Virus record (IMG/VR): IMGVR_UViG_3300039106_000244
Location: 1 to 64,000 of that record
DNA length: 64,000 nucleotides
Origin: a virus
Reading direction: 5' to 3' (one strand)
Under the pieces are notes generated by a model, which had not been told where the DNA came from, did not search any database, and was given only the letters and a program-made list of their open reading frames with translations. Shown in pieces: positions 38,251 to 46,964 of the stretch (the stretch's first letter is position 1; every line of letters starts with the position of its first letter). The position numbers and the translations under genes were made by a program.

Positions 38251-38334
38251 TGATAAATAAAAATGCAGTTCACGGAAGTGGAATTCCTAACTGCTCTAAC
38301 GTTCAGGAGAACAATCAGCATGAATATTTATCAA
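38251..38334 (+). ncRNA. Candidate structured 5' leader, copy B
   Basis: TGATAAATA..GCAGTT-CAC-GGAA-N6-TTCC-T-AACTGC-TCTAAC-GTTC-AGGA-GAAC..TCAGCATG. Confidence 0.7.
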
Positions 38335-38913
38335 TCAACAGAAGTGCGACCATACATTTATATCTGCACACATAAAACAACTGGAAAATTTTACATCGGA
38401 TATAGAGAAGCAAATAAAATTGCATCACATCTAGATTTTCCTTTATATAAGACTTCCTCTAAAATTGTCAGACCAGATTTTGATAATTACACCTGGATTA
38501 TATTTGCTGAATTCTTAAATGGCGAATCCGCATATCAAATTGAGCAACAACTAATTTTCGAAAACTGGAGTAACCCTTTATTAATAAATCAACATCAGAG
38601 AGTACACGCTTCGACTCCTCTCAGAGGAAGTAGGAAAAATGCAGTATTATCTGACGCTACTAAAAAGAAAATTTCCGACGCAAATAAAGGTAAGAAGAGG
38701 TCAACAGAATTTAAAGAAAGAATGGCTATTTTACACCAAGGCAAAAAACATTCACTAGAATCAATTACAAAAATGAAAATGCGAACAATGTCAGACTCAG
38801 CAAAAGCTCATTTATCGAGTATTAATAAAGGAAAAATAATGTCAGCTGAAACTAAAGAGAAACTTCGTCAAGCTAATCTAGGCAAAAAAAGAGGAAAGTA
38901 TAAAAAAGACTGA
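38320..38913 (+). CDS. Free-standing GIY-YIG homing endonuclease with NUMOD3-like repeats
   Basis: YIYICTHKTTGKFYIGYR, YKTSS, EQQLI, LIN, then SDATKKKISDANKGKKRS, HSLES and MSAETKEKL. Start probably ATG 38320 (AGGAG RBS), not 38263. Confidence 0.85.
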   Translation: MNIYQSTEVRPYIYICTHKTTGKFYIGYREANKIASHLDFPLYKTSSKIVRPDFDNYTWIIFAEFLNGESAYQIEQQLIFENWSNPLLINQHQRVHASTPLRGSRKNAVLSDATKKKISDANKGKKRSTEFKERMAILHQGKKHSLESITKMKMRTMSDSAKAHLSSINKGKIMSAETKEKLRQANLGKKRGKYKKD

Positions 38914-38915
38914 CT

Positions 38916-40304
38916 TTAGTTCGAAGCGTGATAGTTGCACTCCTGCCAGAAGTCTGTCATCTGTGGGAACGTTTTCAAAAAGTTTAAGCCTCTGCGTTTA
39001 TCGTATTCATTGAAGAACTTATAAAAGTCTGCTCTTTGTAGTGTAACATATTCCTTAGGTAGTTCACAACCTTGTTTCATCCAATCTACATTACGTTCCA
39101 TACGTTGTATTTCGTAATCCTTAAAGCCTTCAAAGTTATCAGCAGTTTCATCTGCTTGATTTGCTCGCATAAACGTAACAACATCTTCTAATATGCGAAC
39201 ATAACTTGCTGGAAGTATTTGTAAACTTTGATAGGTTGGGCTACGTAATAGTGGCGTATCGAACCACACACGTTGATAAGTTGTGCTGTATTTGTTACGC
39301 ATCTCTAATATCTGTGTCAATAAAAGTTTTAGTCCAAGTACGTTTAAATTGTTCATTGTAATAATAAACGTTAGGCTATTGCGGTATGGCACTACTGCTA
39401 GGAAATCGTTAGTATAGCGCATGACTCTGTCCCATTGTAGACCATCGCGTATATATTCTGCATGTCTAGGAAGTCCGCTATCTAAGCTAACATACTGCAT
39501 AAAGTGTTCAATGCGTTCACCAGTGCATAGTTGTTTTACTTTGTCTAGGTACTTGTCAAACAGTTCGGGCTCAACACTAAAGTTACTAGTAACGTCTACG
39601 TGCAGATCACTCTTGGGTAAGGCAAGTATGTAATCAAATACACGATGTGTATTCTTATCCATAAGCGGTTCGCCACCAGTCATTCTAAAGTGTTTTAGCT
39701 TAGGGTACAGCTCGGGCCACCAACGCCAAAATGCTTCAACATACGGGTTAGATTCACGTACTGGGATTGGCTTGCGTCGACCTTGAAAGTGTTCAGGCGC
39801 ATTGTGTGGTACGCTTGTTGGATACGCACCCCAACGATCAATGTCTTTGCCCCACTCCGTTGAATACTGTGGACTGCAATATGAACAAGCTAAGTTACAG
39901 CCGTGACTAAAGTTTACTTCGACATAACTTGGCACAACGTCTTGGTCCCATGGTGCGTTTACTATTTCTTCATAGTGTTCGGCCGCCCACGGTTCACCAC
40001 TGCGATAGTGTCTATCGCTTAGTTGTTTGTTATCTTCTGCACTCCAACAGTAACTACATTCTGCTGGGCGTATTTGCTCTAGCATAAGTTTACGTTGCTG
40101 TTTCTTGTAATCAGTGTTATGTAGCGCACCTGGATTGAATAACAATGGAGCACTATCAATCTCATGTAAGGGCGGATGATAACAACTATTTGTTAGTCCA
40201 GTTGGCAGATGTAAACTTACTTGTTGCCACTTAGCCAAGCAGAGTGCAGGACCTAATTTATCCTTCATGTCTTCTGCAGCTGTCAGGAAATCACTTTTGC
40301 TCAT
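38916..40304 (-). CDS. Radical SAM enzyme (CxAKW subtype), paralog of 36833
   Basis: CLAKW..SCYHP..CSYCW, CNLACSYC, TGGEP and YIRDG. Confidence 0.92.
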   Translation of the reverse strand: MSKSDFLTAAEDMKDKLGPALCLAKWQQVSLHLPTGLTNSCYHPPLHEIDSAPLLFNPGALHNTDYKKQQRKLMLEQIRPAECSYCWSAEDNKQLSDRHYRSGEPWAAEHYEEIVNAPWDQDVVPSYVEVNFSHGCNLACSYCSPQYSTEWGKDIDRWGAYPTSVPHNAPEHFQGRRKPIPVRESNPYVEAFWRWWPELYPKLKHFRMTGGEPLMDKNTHRVFDYILALPKSDLHVDVTSNFSVEPELFDKYLDKVKQLCTGERIEHFMQYVSLDSGLPRHAEYIRDGLQWDRVMRYTNDFLAVVPYRNSLTFIITMNNLNVLGLKLLLTQILEMRNKYSTTYQRVWFDTPLLRSPTYQSLQILPASYVRILEDVVTFMRANQADETADNFEGFKDYEIQRMERNVDWMKQGCELPKEYVTLQRADFYKFFNEYDKRRGLNFLKTFPQMTDFWQECNYHASN

Positions 40305-41427
40305 TGATTAATATTTTTTGTAATTCGTTTAACGAAGATGCTTCATAGTAATTATACATGCAATTCTTTGCAAAGTCAATATTTTTTTTGAATCTATTAA
40401 GATTATTATACCACAGTGTTTTAGTATTATCTAAATTAATTAATAATTCTCGGTTCAATTCAATGGCAGAAATTATCCGATCTAATGGATTCTCAATGGT
40501 GTCGTAACTGTGATTAATAATATCATCAAACATATCAAACCCTACTCGTCTTAAATGCTTAACTGTTCTAACAGGTGCTAGCACAATCGGAAAATTGGCG
40601 CCATATATATTTTGTAGGAATTTTTCAGTTAAGAAACTACTTGGTTCACAAAAATTTGATTCTGTGATAATTTCTACAAATGTGTGTTGGTATATAGGTT
40701 TAAGATATAAATTAAAATTATTAACATTATCATTGAGTGATTGTTTGAACGTAGCATTGACTTTATTAAAATCAAACTTAATACCATTTCCTTGTTTTGC
40801 TTTTTGAAATCCCACAAGTATAGTATCTAAATATAAATTCTGTTGTTGCGTAGTTAACTGCCAATTACATAAATCTAGCCATGAATTATATTTTTTATCT
40901 ATCGATTGATAATTAAAAGTAATATAACCATATTGGTCAAGATCCATTCCTAATAGATAACTAACTGTAGTATAACGATGTGGTCGTAAACCACGATTTA
41001 AACACATAAAGGTAGTTAAATTATCATTGCTCTTATCTAATACACTTTCTCTATGATGTGTATGTTGCATTTGCAGGCCACCGTGACAAATTAAATGTAC
41101 ATTATTAGCAGCAATTTCTCTATCCAAATAATCCATTGCTGTGGATATTATAAATGTAGTAGCTGGATTTTTTAATGCAATATCAAGTAATACCTGCGCA
41201 TGTACTGTTCTTGTTTGTGTTGGATTATAATCAGAATGATATTGTAAATTATCTACAATGAATAATAATACCAAAGAAGATTCAAATTTTTCCTGTATTA
41301 AATCTTCGAACACCTCATTAAATGAAGCAAAGTAATATGCTTCGGCATTGTTGGGCAACGTTGTAACCATTTTCTTAAATAATTCAAAATACCATTCATC
41401 AAATGGCAGTCGTTTAAATATCTTCAT
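40291..41427 (-). CDS. Putative glycosyltransferase-like protein (TEK family, paralog 2)
   Basis: FMCLNR..RPHR, VEIITES..FLTEK and GFDMFDDIINHSYD. Confidence 0.55.
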   Translation of the reverse strand: MKIFKRLPFDEWYFELFKKMVTTLPNNAEAYYFASFNEVFEDLIQEKFESSLVLLFIVDNLQYHSDYNPTQTRTVHAQVLLDIALKNPATTFIISTAMDYLDREIAANNVHLICHGGLQMQHTHHRESVLDKSNDNLTTFMCLNRGLRPHRYTTVSYLLGMDLDQYGYITFNYQSIDKKYNSWLDLCNWQLTTQQQNLYLDTILVGFQKAKQGNGIKFDFNKVNATFKQSLNDNVNNFNLYLKPIYQHTFVEIITESNFCEPSSFLTEKFLQNIYGANFPIVLAPVRTVKHLRRVGFDMFDDIINHSYDTIENPLDRIISAIELNRELLINLDNTKTLWYNNLNRFKKNIDFAKNCMYNYYEASSLNELQKILINEQK

Positions 41428-42454
41428 TGAATATTTCTTGTATTTGATTAATTGATAAATTTAAAAAATTATTATAATTATGATCCAATATTAATTGCAT
41501 ATCATTGAGTTTAGTATGTAAAGTTTCCACTGGCCAATTAGATATACTATTCAATAATTTTTCAATGTGAGTAATACGATCATGAATACCCACTAAATCA
41601 TATTCTTCGGACCAAAATTCAGCAAATGTTTTAAATCCCAGCTTACGTAGGTTAGCAAGGTAATTAGGATTTGACATCACAATAAACGGACGTTTTGCTA
41701 TAATACAGCGCCACAGCTTTTCTGTCACTAGAAAACAATTACCACTTACATTTGGTTCACATATAATATCAACAAATATATCATTGTAATATTGTAAAAG
41801 ATTTAAATTAGTTGGATGCTGAATTGGGTAATAACTATTTTCGTGTTGAAATGTACCATTTTTACAATTATCTAAATTTTGTAAATATTCTATATCTATT
41901 GTACGTGGACACGTTTTAATAAATTCCACAGCATCAACAACTATATCACATTTAAAATTTATTAAATCATCGAGTCCAATATAACCATTGCCATTGGCAT
42001 TTTCTCTCAATGGATCATAATGATATGTTTGTATGGTTTTATTGTTATAATACTTGTTTAATATAGTTGCGATCCATAATCTATACCAATTACTTCTACT
42101 AGAGAAATTAGCAAAATGTTTAGTAGGAGTTGTGTTGATATTAAGTACTTTGTTATGTAGCCATTCTTGTATTCCGTTCACTTCATACCACGACGATGCT
42201 TGCTTATTGATAATATAATCAGGATGTTGTTCTATCATATTGCCTGTATTAATTGTTATCTGATTCTTATTATAACCTGTACGTAGACAAAATTCATCTA
42301 ACAATCTATATAATCCTAGTGCAGTAGCACACGATCCCTCGGGCGCAAAATCTATTTCTATAGTCTGTTTATTAATGTAACATTTGTACAAAAATTCAGT
42401 CAGCAATTCTTTGCGCCAAATCTTTCTATCTAATGTTTGTACATGTATTTTCAT
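41414..42454 (-). CDS. Putative glycosyltransferase-like protein (TEK family, paralog 3)
   Basis: VDIICEP..LVTEKLWR..KRPF..LRKLGFKTF..WSEEYD. Confidence 0.55.
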   Translation of the reverse strand: MKIHVQTLDRKIWRKELLTEFLYKCYINKQTIEIDFAPEGSCATALGLYRLLDEFCLRTGYNKNQITINTGNMIEQHPDYIINKQASSWYEVNGIQEWLHNKVLNINTTPTKHFANFSSRSNWYRLWIATILNKYYNNKTIQTYHYDPLRENANGNGYIGLDDLINFKCDIVVDAVEFIKTCPRTIDIEYLQNLDNCKNGTFQHENSYYPIQHPTNLNLLQYYNDIFVDIICEPNVSGNCFLVTEKLWRCIIAKRPFIVMSNPNYLANLRKLGFKTFAEFWSEEYDLVGIHDRITHIEKLLNSISNWPVETLHTKLNDMQLILDHNYNNFLNLSINQIQEIFNEDI

Positions 42455-43302
42455 TTAATTTTTCTTCTTGTTACATTTTCTAAATGTATAATTTTAGATT
42501 CGATATCAGCGGTTGTAGGGCACATACTACAAACATTAGCAGCTTTTCCAAAATTCTCTAGAAACGTAGTAAGTTCTAATTCTGAACAGTCTGCTCCTAT
42601 TCCTGTTTGTAAATATTGTGCCCATTGCTCGCTATTAGGATTATTAAATCGTTCCAATGTTTCTGCTAATAAACCGCTTGTACTGCATTTATAAATCCGA
42701 CCATTATGCATCAATGGACACGTTTGTTGACAACAAATGTCAAATGCTTGTGCTGGGTTGTTAGTATGTGGTTGCATATTTTCATACGAACCTTTAAATG
42801 TCTTCCAGAATATGTCAGGTCGTTTAACATGAAATCGAAAGTTATTTGCTGTTTTATAACGTGCTACTCCGTATTCAGTAACAGGCTCCCAATCGTAACT
42901 ATCAAATATACGTTGTATAATTAATTCTAATTCTGGATTAGGTTGATGTACTGCAATCTTAAATACGCAGTTACCTACTTCGGCTAAATGTTTAACTATA
43001 TCAAACTTTTTATTTAATAATAATCCGTTTGTAGTAAATCGTATTTGTGAATCAGGCATTAGTTCACGTATCCCAAATATCCATTCATTTACTTCTGGGC
43101 TTATAGTAGGCTCACCCCCGAGTATTCCAAAATCAGGTATATCCACCCGTTCCAACCAGGATTCTAGCCAGGCCTTGCCCTGACGCCAAGGTACATATCC
43201 TTCGTGTTGTAAATCACTATAGTTTGTACAACCAGTGCAACTTAAATTGCACACCTGAGTAATCATTGTTTCAACAAACGGAAGTGTTGGCTTTACATCC
43301 AT
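42451..43302 (-). CDS. Radical SAM enzyme with C-terminal Cys cluster
   Basis: CNLSCTGC, LGGEP, TTNG; C-terminal CCQQTCP..YKC..CSMCP. Confidence 0.9.
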   Translation of the reverse strand: MDVKPTLPFVETMITQVCNLSCTGCTNYSDLQHEGYVPWRQGKAWLESWLERVDIPDFGILGGEPTISPEVNEWIFGIRELMPDSQIRFTTNGLLLNKKFDIVKHLAEVGNCVFKIAVHQPNPELELIIQRIFDSYDWEPVTEYGVARYKTANNFRFHVKRPDIFWKTFKGSYENMQPHTNNPAQAFDICCQQTCPLMHNGRIYKCSTSGLLAETLERFNNPNSEQWAQYLQTGIGADCSELELTTFLENFGKAANVCSMCPTTADIESKIIHLENVTRRKIK

Positions 43303-44027
43303 CCTAATTCCTTAACTAACGGATGGAGTATTTTATTGTACCAATTAGCATTACCTTCTGCTGCATGATGGCCAAACCAGCCAGACCCTTTTTCCCAATC
43401 CTCAGCGGCCGGTCTGATATTATCTGCTTCGTTAACTGAATGACATGTATTATCAAATATAATGCATTCTTTGAGAGATTTTATCTTTAGCATTATGTTT
43501 TTACTCACTGGCCAGTCCGGCTCATACCTGATGGGAATAGTTAAATTAACAATTACAAATTTTGCCGAATGGGCCTTTAATAAATTGTATATTAATAATA
43601 TCTTATCACATGTTATTGTTTCTTGCCAGCTGTGATAATAATTTGCCATAAAATATTTTTCTTGTGCAAATATCTCATGAAAATCAAATTGTTGGGTTCC
43701 GCCCACTGATTCTGTATTATACTTCTGCTGTTGAAAGTTTTGATTAAATGTTGAATACGGCCATTGTGTTAATCTATTAGATTCTCTATAGATAGCTAGT
43801 CTTGCAACTGGAGGAATACCAATAACATAATATCCTTGAGAAAAATCAAATGATTCATTACATATTATATGTATAATCTGATCTAGACTAAATCCACTGT
43901 GACTGTAATTAACTATATTATCTACTTTCAAATCTCTGGCTAGCAATCCCCAGAAACTATCTGCAGGTGCTACACAGAAGTTAGGAGTAGAAAACGAATC
44001 TCCAAAAACATATAATGTTTTATTCAT
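43293..44027 (-). CDS. SGNH-fold protein
   Basis: VFGDSFS, NYSHSG.S and GHH..GN. Confidence 0.7.
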   Translation of the reverse strand: MNKTLYVFGDSFSTPNFCVAPADSFWGLLARDLKVDNIVNYSHSGFSLDQIIHIICNESFDFSQGYYVIGIPPVARLAIYRESNRLTQWPYSTFNQNFQQQKYNTESVGGTQQFDFHEIFAQEKYFMANYYHSWQETITCDKILLIYNLLKAHSAKFVIVNLTIPIRYEPDWPVSKNIMLKIKSLKECIIFDNTCHSVNEADNIRPAAEDWEKGSGWFGHHAAEGNANWYNKILHPLVKELGWM

Positions 44028-44991
44028 GTATTCTTGTAATATCCGATGTGAATTGTTGATTGATTAATAATTGATAATTGTGTTCAATAGTTGCTTGTAG
44101 TTTATTATTTAACTCATCTAATTGTTGTAGAGATAGATTTGATAATTGATCAATCAGCGATAGTATTGAAAAATATCTATTCTTTCCGGTTAAATCATCA
44201 TATGATTCACTCCAGCAATCTGCAAATGTCTTAAATCCCATTTGTTGTAAGTATCTTAGGTAGAATAACGGAGCCATTACAATAAATGGTTTACGACACA
44301 ATATAGCCCGGGCTATTTTTTCTGTAGGATAAAAACTGTTGCCGTTAACGTTAGGTTCGACTACTAGGTCGACAAATATATCCTTGTAAAGATAATTTAT
44401 CTCGTTGTTATAATCATATCTGCGTAAATTATGATTATGTGCAAAATCTGTGGCCTGATATTGATTGATATTAGTTAATAATGCAATGACCTTAGGCATA
44501 ATTTCCGGATGCCATCCATATAATTTTTGTAACTCAAAATTCTTACGATTATCTTCTTGTGTATTGTTAAAGCGTACCTTGATAACTGCTTGTGCCGGGT
44601 TTACGTAACTAGCAATGCCCAATCTGCTAGCACTCGGTCTGCCATAAAAACACCCAAATATTTTTTGTTTTGTCCATGAATAATCATATGCATGATCAAA
44701 TGTAGAAAGATCCCATCGGAGCCAATGGTTCCAATCGTATGGTTCTTGAATACTATATCGATGATGGTGTTCTACGATATTAGCAGTTAAAATAGTAACA
44801 GACGTAAATGTAAATAAATCAAGGATATCATATACTCCACAAAATCGTAAACAGTGAGATTCTTGATTTACAACTAATTTAATATCTGTATGTTCATTTT
44901 CTTTGCAGAATCTAACAAATGGTATTATATTATCTAATTGATCATTTTCTAACTGCAATGTATATGTATTCATTATTTGCAGAATTCCCAA
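44020..44991 (-). CDS. Putative glycosyltransferase-like protein (TEK family, paralog 4)
   Basis: VDLVVEP..FYPTEKIAR..KPF..GFKTF..WSESYD; closest to 41414. Confidence 0.55.
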   Translation of the reverse strand: MGILQIMNTYTLQLENDQLDNIIPFVRFCKENEHTDIKLVVNQESHCLRFCGVYDILDLFTFTSVTILTANIVEHHHRYSIQEPYDWNHWLRWDLSTFDHAYDYSWTKQKIFGCFYGRPSASRLGIASYVNPAQAVIKVRFNNTQEDNRKNFELQKLYGWHPEIMPKVIALLTNINQYQATDFAHNHNLRRYDYNNEINYLYKDIFVDLVVEPNVNGNSFYPTEKIARAILCRKPFIVMAPLFYLRYLQQMGFKTFADCWSESYDDLTGKNRYFSILSLIDQLSNLSLQQLDELNNKLQATIEHNYQLLINQQFTSDITRIHE

Positions 44992-45731
44992 TTATACGTA
45001 TCTTGATAGGCCCAATGTAATTTTCTCCAACAATTTAATATTGTAATAGCTGTTTGGTCAAGTCGTATTCCAAATATACTCATTAATTTTTCTATTATTA
45101 AATTAGGATCTGCTGTTATTAACTCCTCAATTGATAACACCGGAATATGTTTATTAACTTCTAAAAATTGTTTTTGCTGTCTCTCGAGTATTTCTCTCAT
45201 GTTAATAGTATTCATTTTGAAATATTCGTGTTGTCCATTTTCTGATATAAATTGTGTTACTTGTTCTTCTTTATTATCATTAAATGAAAAATCCATCATT
45301 GCTTTATTATTGCCATCTACACATTTAAAATGCAATGCTCTAACTTGCCATTCTAATCCTTGAGCTGTCAATGGTGTAATATACAACATGGTTGTATCTT
45401 TAAAAAAATTATCAAATTCAGAATTTATATCCCATAGTAGAGAATGGTTTAATATTACTATTGGACTTGTAATTTTATAACGAGATTGTTTATATGTATT
45501 GTAATCAAGTGCAAGCGTGGAATCTACACCCGATATAGGATTAATAAAATCTAAGTTCCGTTCAGTGACCCACCAGCCCGATAATGAGTCAGTGGCATAT
45601 TGTGCTAAAATTGTATCGTATCTATCGCAAGATTGCTCGGGCCAATATACATCTTTACTAGTTAATAGAAGATTTCTTACTAAGTTTCCGGCGGCGCCAA
45701 CATTAGCAATTAAGAATAAATCTTTAATCAT
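44973..45731 (-). CDS. Hypothetical protein, possibly sulfotransferase-like P-loop fold
   Basis: N-terminal LIANVGAAGNLVRNLL and C-terminal LSIEEL...W...H; weak resemblance to 16534. Confidence 0.35.
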   Translation of the reverse strand: MIKDLFLIANVGAAGNLVRNLLLTSKDVYWPEQSCDRYDTILAQYATDSLSGWWVTERNLDFINPISGVDSTLALDYNTYKQSRYKITSPIVILNHSLLWDINSEFDNFFKDTTMLYITPLTAQGLEWQVRALHFKCVDGNNKAMMDFSFNDNKEEQVTQFISENGQHEYFKMNTINMREILERQQKQFLEVNKHIPVLSIEELITADPNLIIEKLMSIFGIRLDQTAITILNCWRKLHWAYQDTYNWEFCK

Positions 45732-46624
45732 TCTCTAGCCATTATGCCTCTATTTTTAAATACGCTTTTATAATGGTGCTTAAAGAATCTACTTTGGTCT
45801 GCTGTAAGATGCGGAGCGGCTAATCCTAATTTTACATTTAAGGTATGTGACATTTCATTACATTCTTCTACTAGATTATACACCTTATGTTGATGCCAAA
45901 TATTATTCAGTGCATCAAAGTCCTGCACTTCTCTATAATCCCAATCTGTAATCATGGTCATGTATGTACCAAGTTTTGCACCGTACATTGCCCAATCACC
46001 ATGCTCTACATCCATGCCTACGTTGTGCCATATACTTAAATGATCATAGTTGCGAGCATGTACACGTTGTTCAAACTCTTGTAGGCTCGGTTTTGTACCA
46101 CGATCTAAACACATTTTAACACCTTCTCTAAAGCCTGCTCGCCATGCCTGATATGGAGATTGATTTGGGTATGTTGTGCTATAGCAATCATTCATTGCCC
46201 AATAGTTAGGATGAAAACAAAACTCAACCGCTGTATCATCTGCACCATCACTTGCCTCATGTGTACGCATGTTGTTAACAAAGTCTTTGGTCCAACAACT
46301 CATGCCACCGTTGCCATACATAAGTCCGTTGATGTGATTACGTGCTTTCCATCGAAATACTACATCTTTATTAGTATCATCTAATGTAAGTTGTAGGTTG
46401 AAAAATTCTGGGTCAGGTAAGTTATCACCGTCAATTAGTACAAAGCGTTCTGTATCACTTGCGGCTGCGGCTGCTTTATGTGCGGCATCACTGCCTTTAA
46501 CTCCATCTACACGTTTGGCCCACGGAACCATATTTTGAATCTTAATCCAAAACTCTTCTTTTTTGGGTTCATCGTAACTTAGGTAAATGCAATCTAAGTC
46601 TGCAATATCAACGATTTGTGTCAT
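45728..46624 (-). CDS. GT-A-fold glycosyltransferase-like protein
   Basis: LSYDEP, VDGVKGSDAAH, FVLIDGDN (DxD), NGLMYGNGG and AWRAGFREG. Confidence 0.65.
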   Translation of the reverse strand: MTQIVDIADLDCIYLSYDEPKKEEFWIKIQNMVPWAKRVDGVKGSDAAHKAAAAASDTERFVLIDGDNLPDPEFFNLQLTLDDTNKDVVFRWKARNHINGLMYGNGGMSCWTKDFVNNMRTHEASDGADDTAVEFCFHPNYWAMNDCYSTTYPNQSPYQAWRAGFREGVKMCLDRGTKPSLQEFEQRVHARNYDHLSIWHNVGMDVEHGDWAMYGAKLGTYMTMITDWDYREVQDFDALNNIWHQHKVYNLVEECNEMSHTLNVKLGLAAPHLTADQSRFFKHHYKSVFKNRGIMARE

Positions 46625-46964
46625 AGTATTCTATATCCTGATAGGTGTCAGTTGGTTCTAATATTAATCCTGCATGGTTCTTTACTGTGGCATAACCCTC
46701 AGAGCTACTTACTAATTGTATACGATACCCAGGATTGTTGTCAATCTTTTTCAGTTTACCATCTACAATTGTATAGCGGAAGTAGTTGTTATATTCATCT
46801 TTGCTAACAATAATATACATTGTATCTGTTGGGTGATTTATCATTGTACACATTGTAATGATTCCATCTTCGGTATAATGTAATCTATATTCTTTAACTT
46901 CTTCAACCGCAGGTTTAAGCATTGCTAATGCTTTTTCAAATTCACTTAAGGAGTTCATGTTCAT
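46608..46964 (-). CDS. Hypothetical protein
   Basis: Overlapping, operon-internal ORF. Confidence 0.7.
   Translation of the reverse strand: MNMNSLSEFEKALAMLKPAVEEVKEYRLHYTEDGIITMCTMINHPTDTMYIIVSKDEYNNYFRYTIVDGKLKKIDNNPGYRIQLVSSSEGYATVKNHAGLILEPTDTYQDIEYYDTNR

Noticed and set aside
38263-38319. N-terminal extension MQFTEVEFLTALTFRRTIS of the second endonuclease
   Set aside because: It coincides with the conserved leader hairpin and has no equivalent in copy A; the RBS points to ATG 38320.
17848-43302. A true aminoglycoside antibiotic cluster
   Set aside because: The enzyme families overlap, but I see no 2-deoxy-scyllo-inosose synthase, exporter or resistance gene, and the context is a phage.
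32993-43302. RiPP cluster (radical SAM/SPASM peptide maturases)
   Set aside because: No RRE/PqqD domain, protease or transporter is evident and the neighbours are sugar enzymes. The 33-aa peptide is better explained as a carbamoyltransferase partner.
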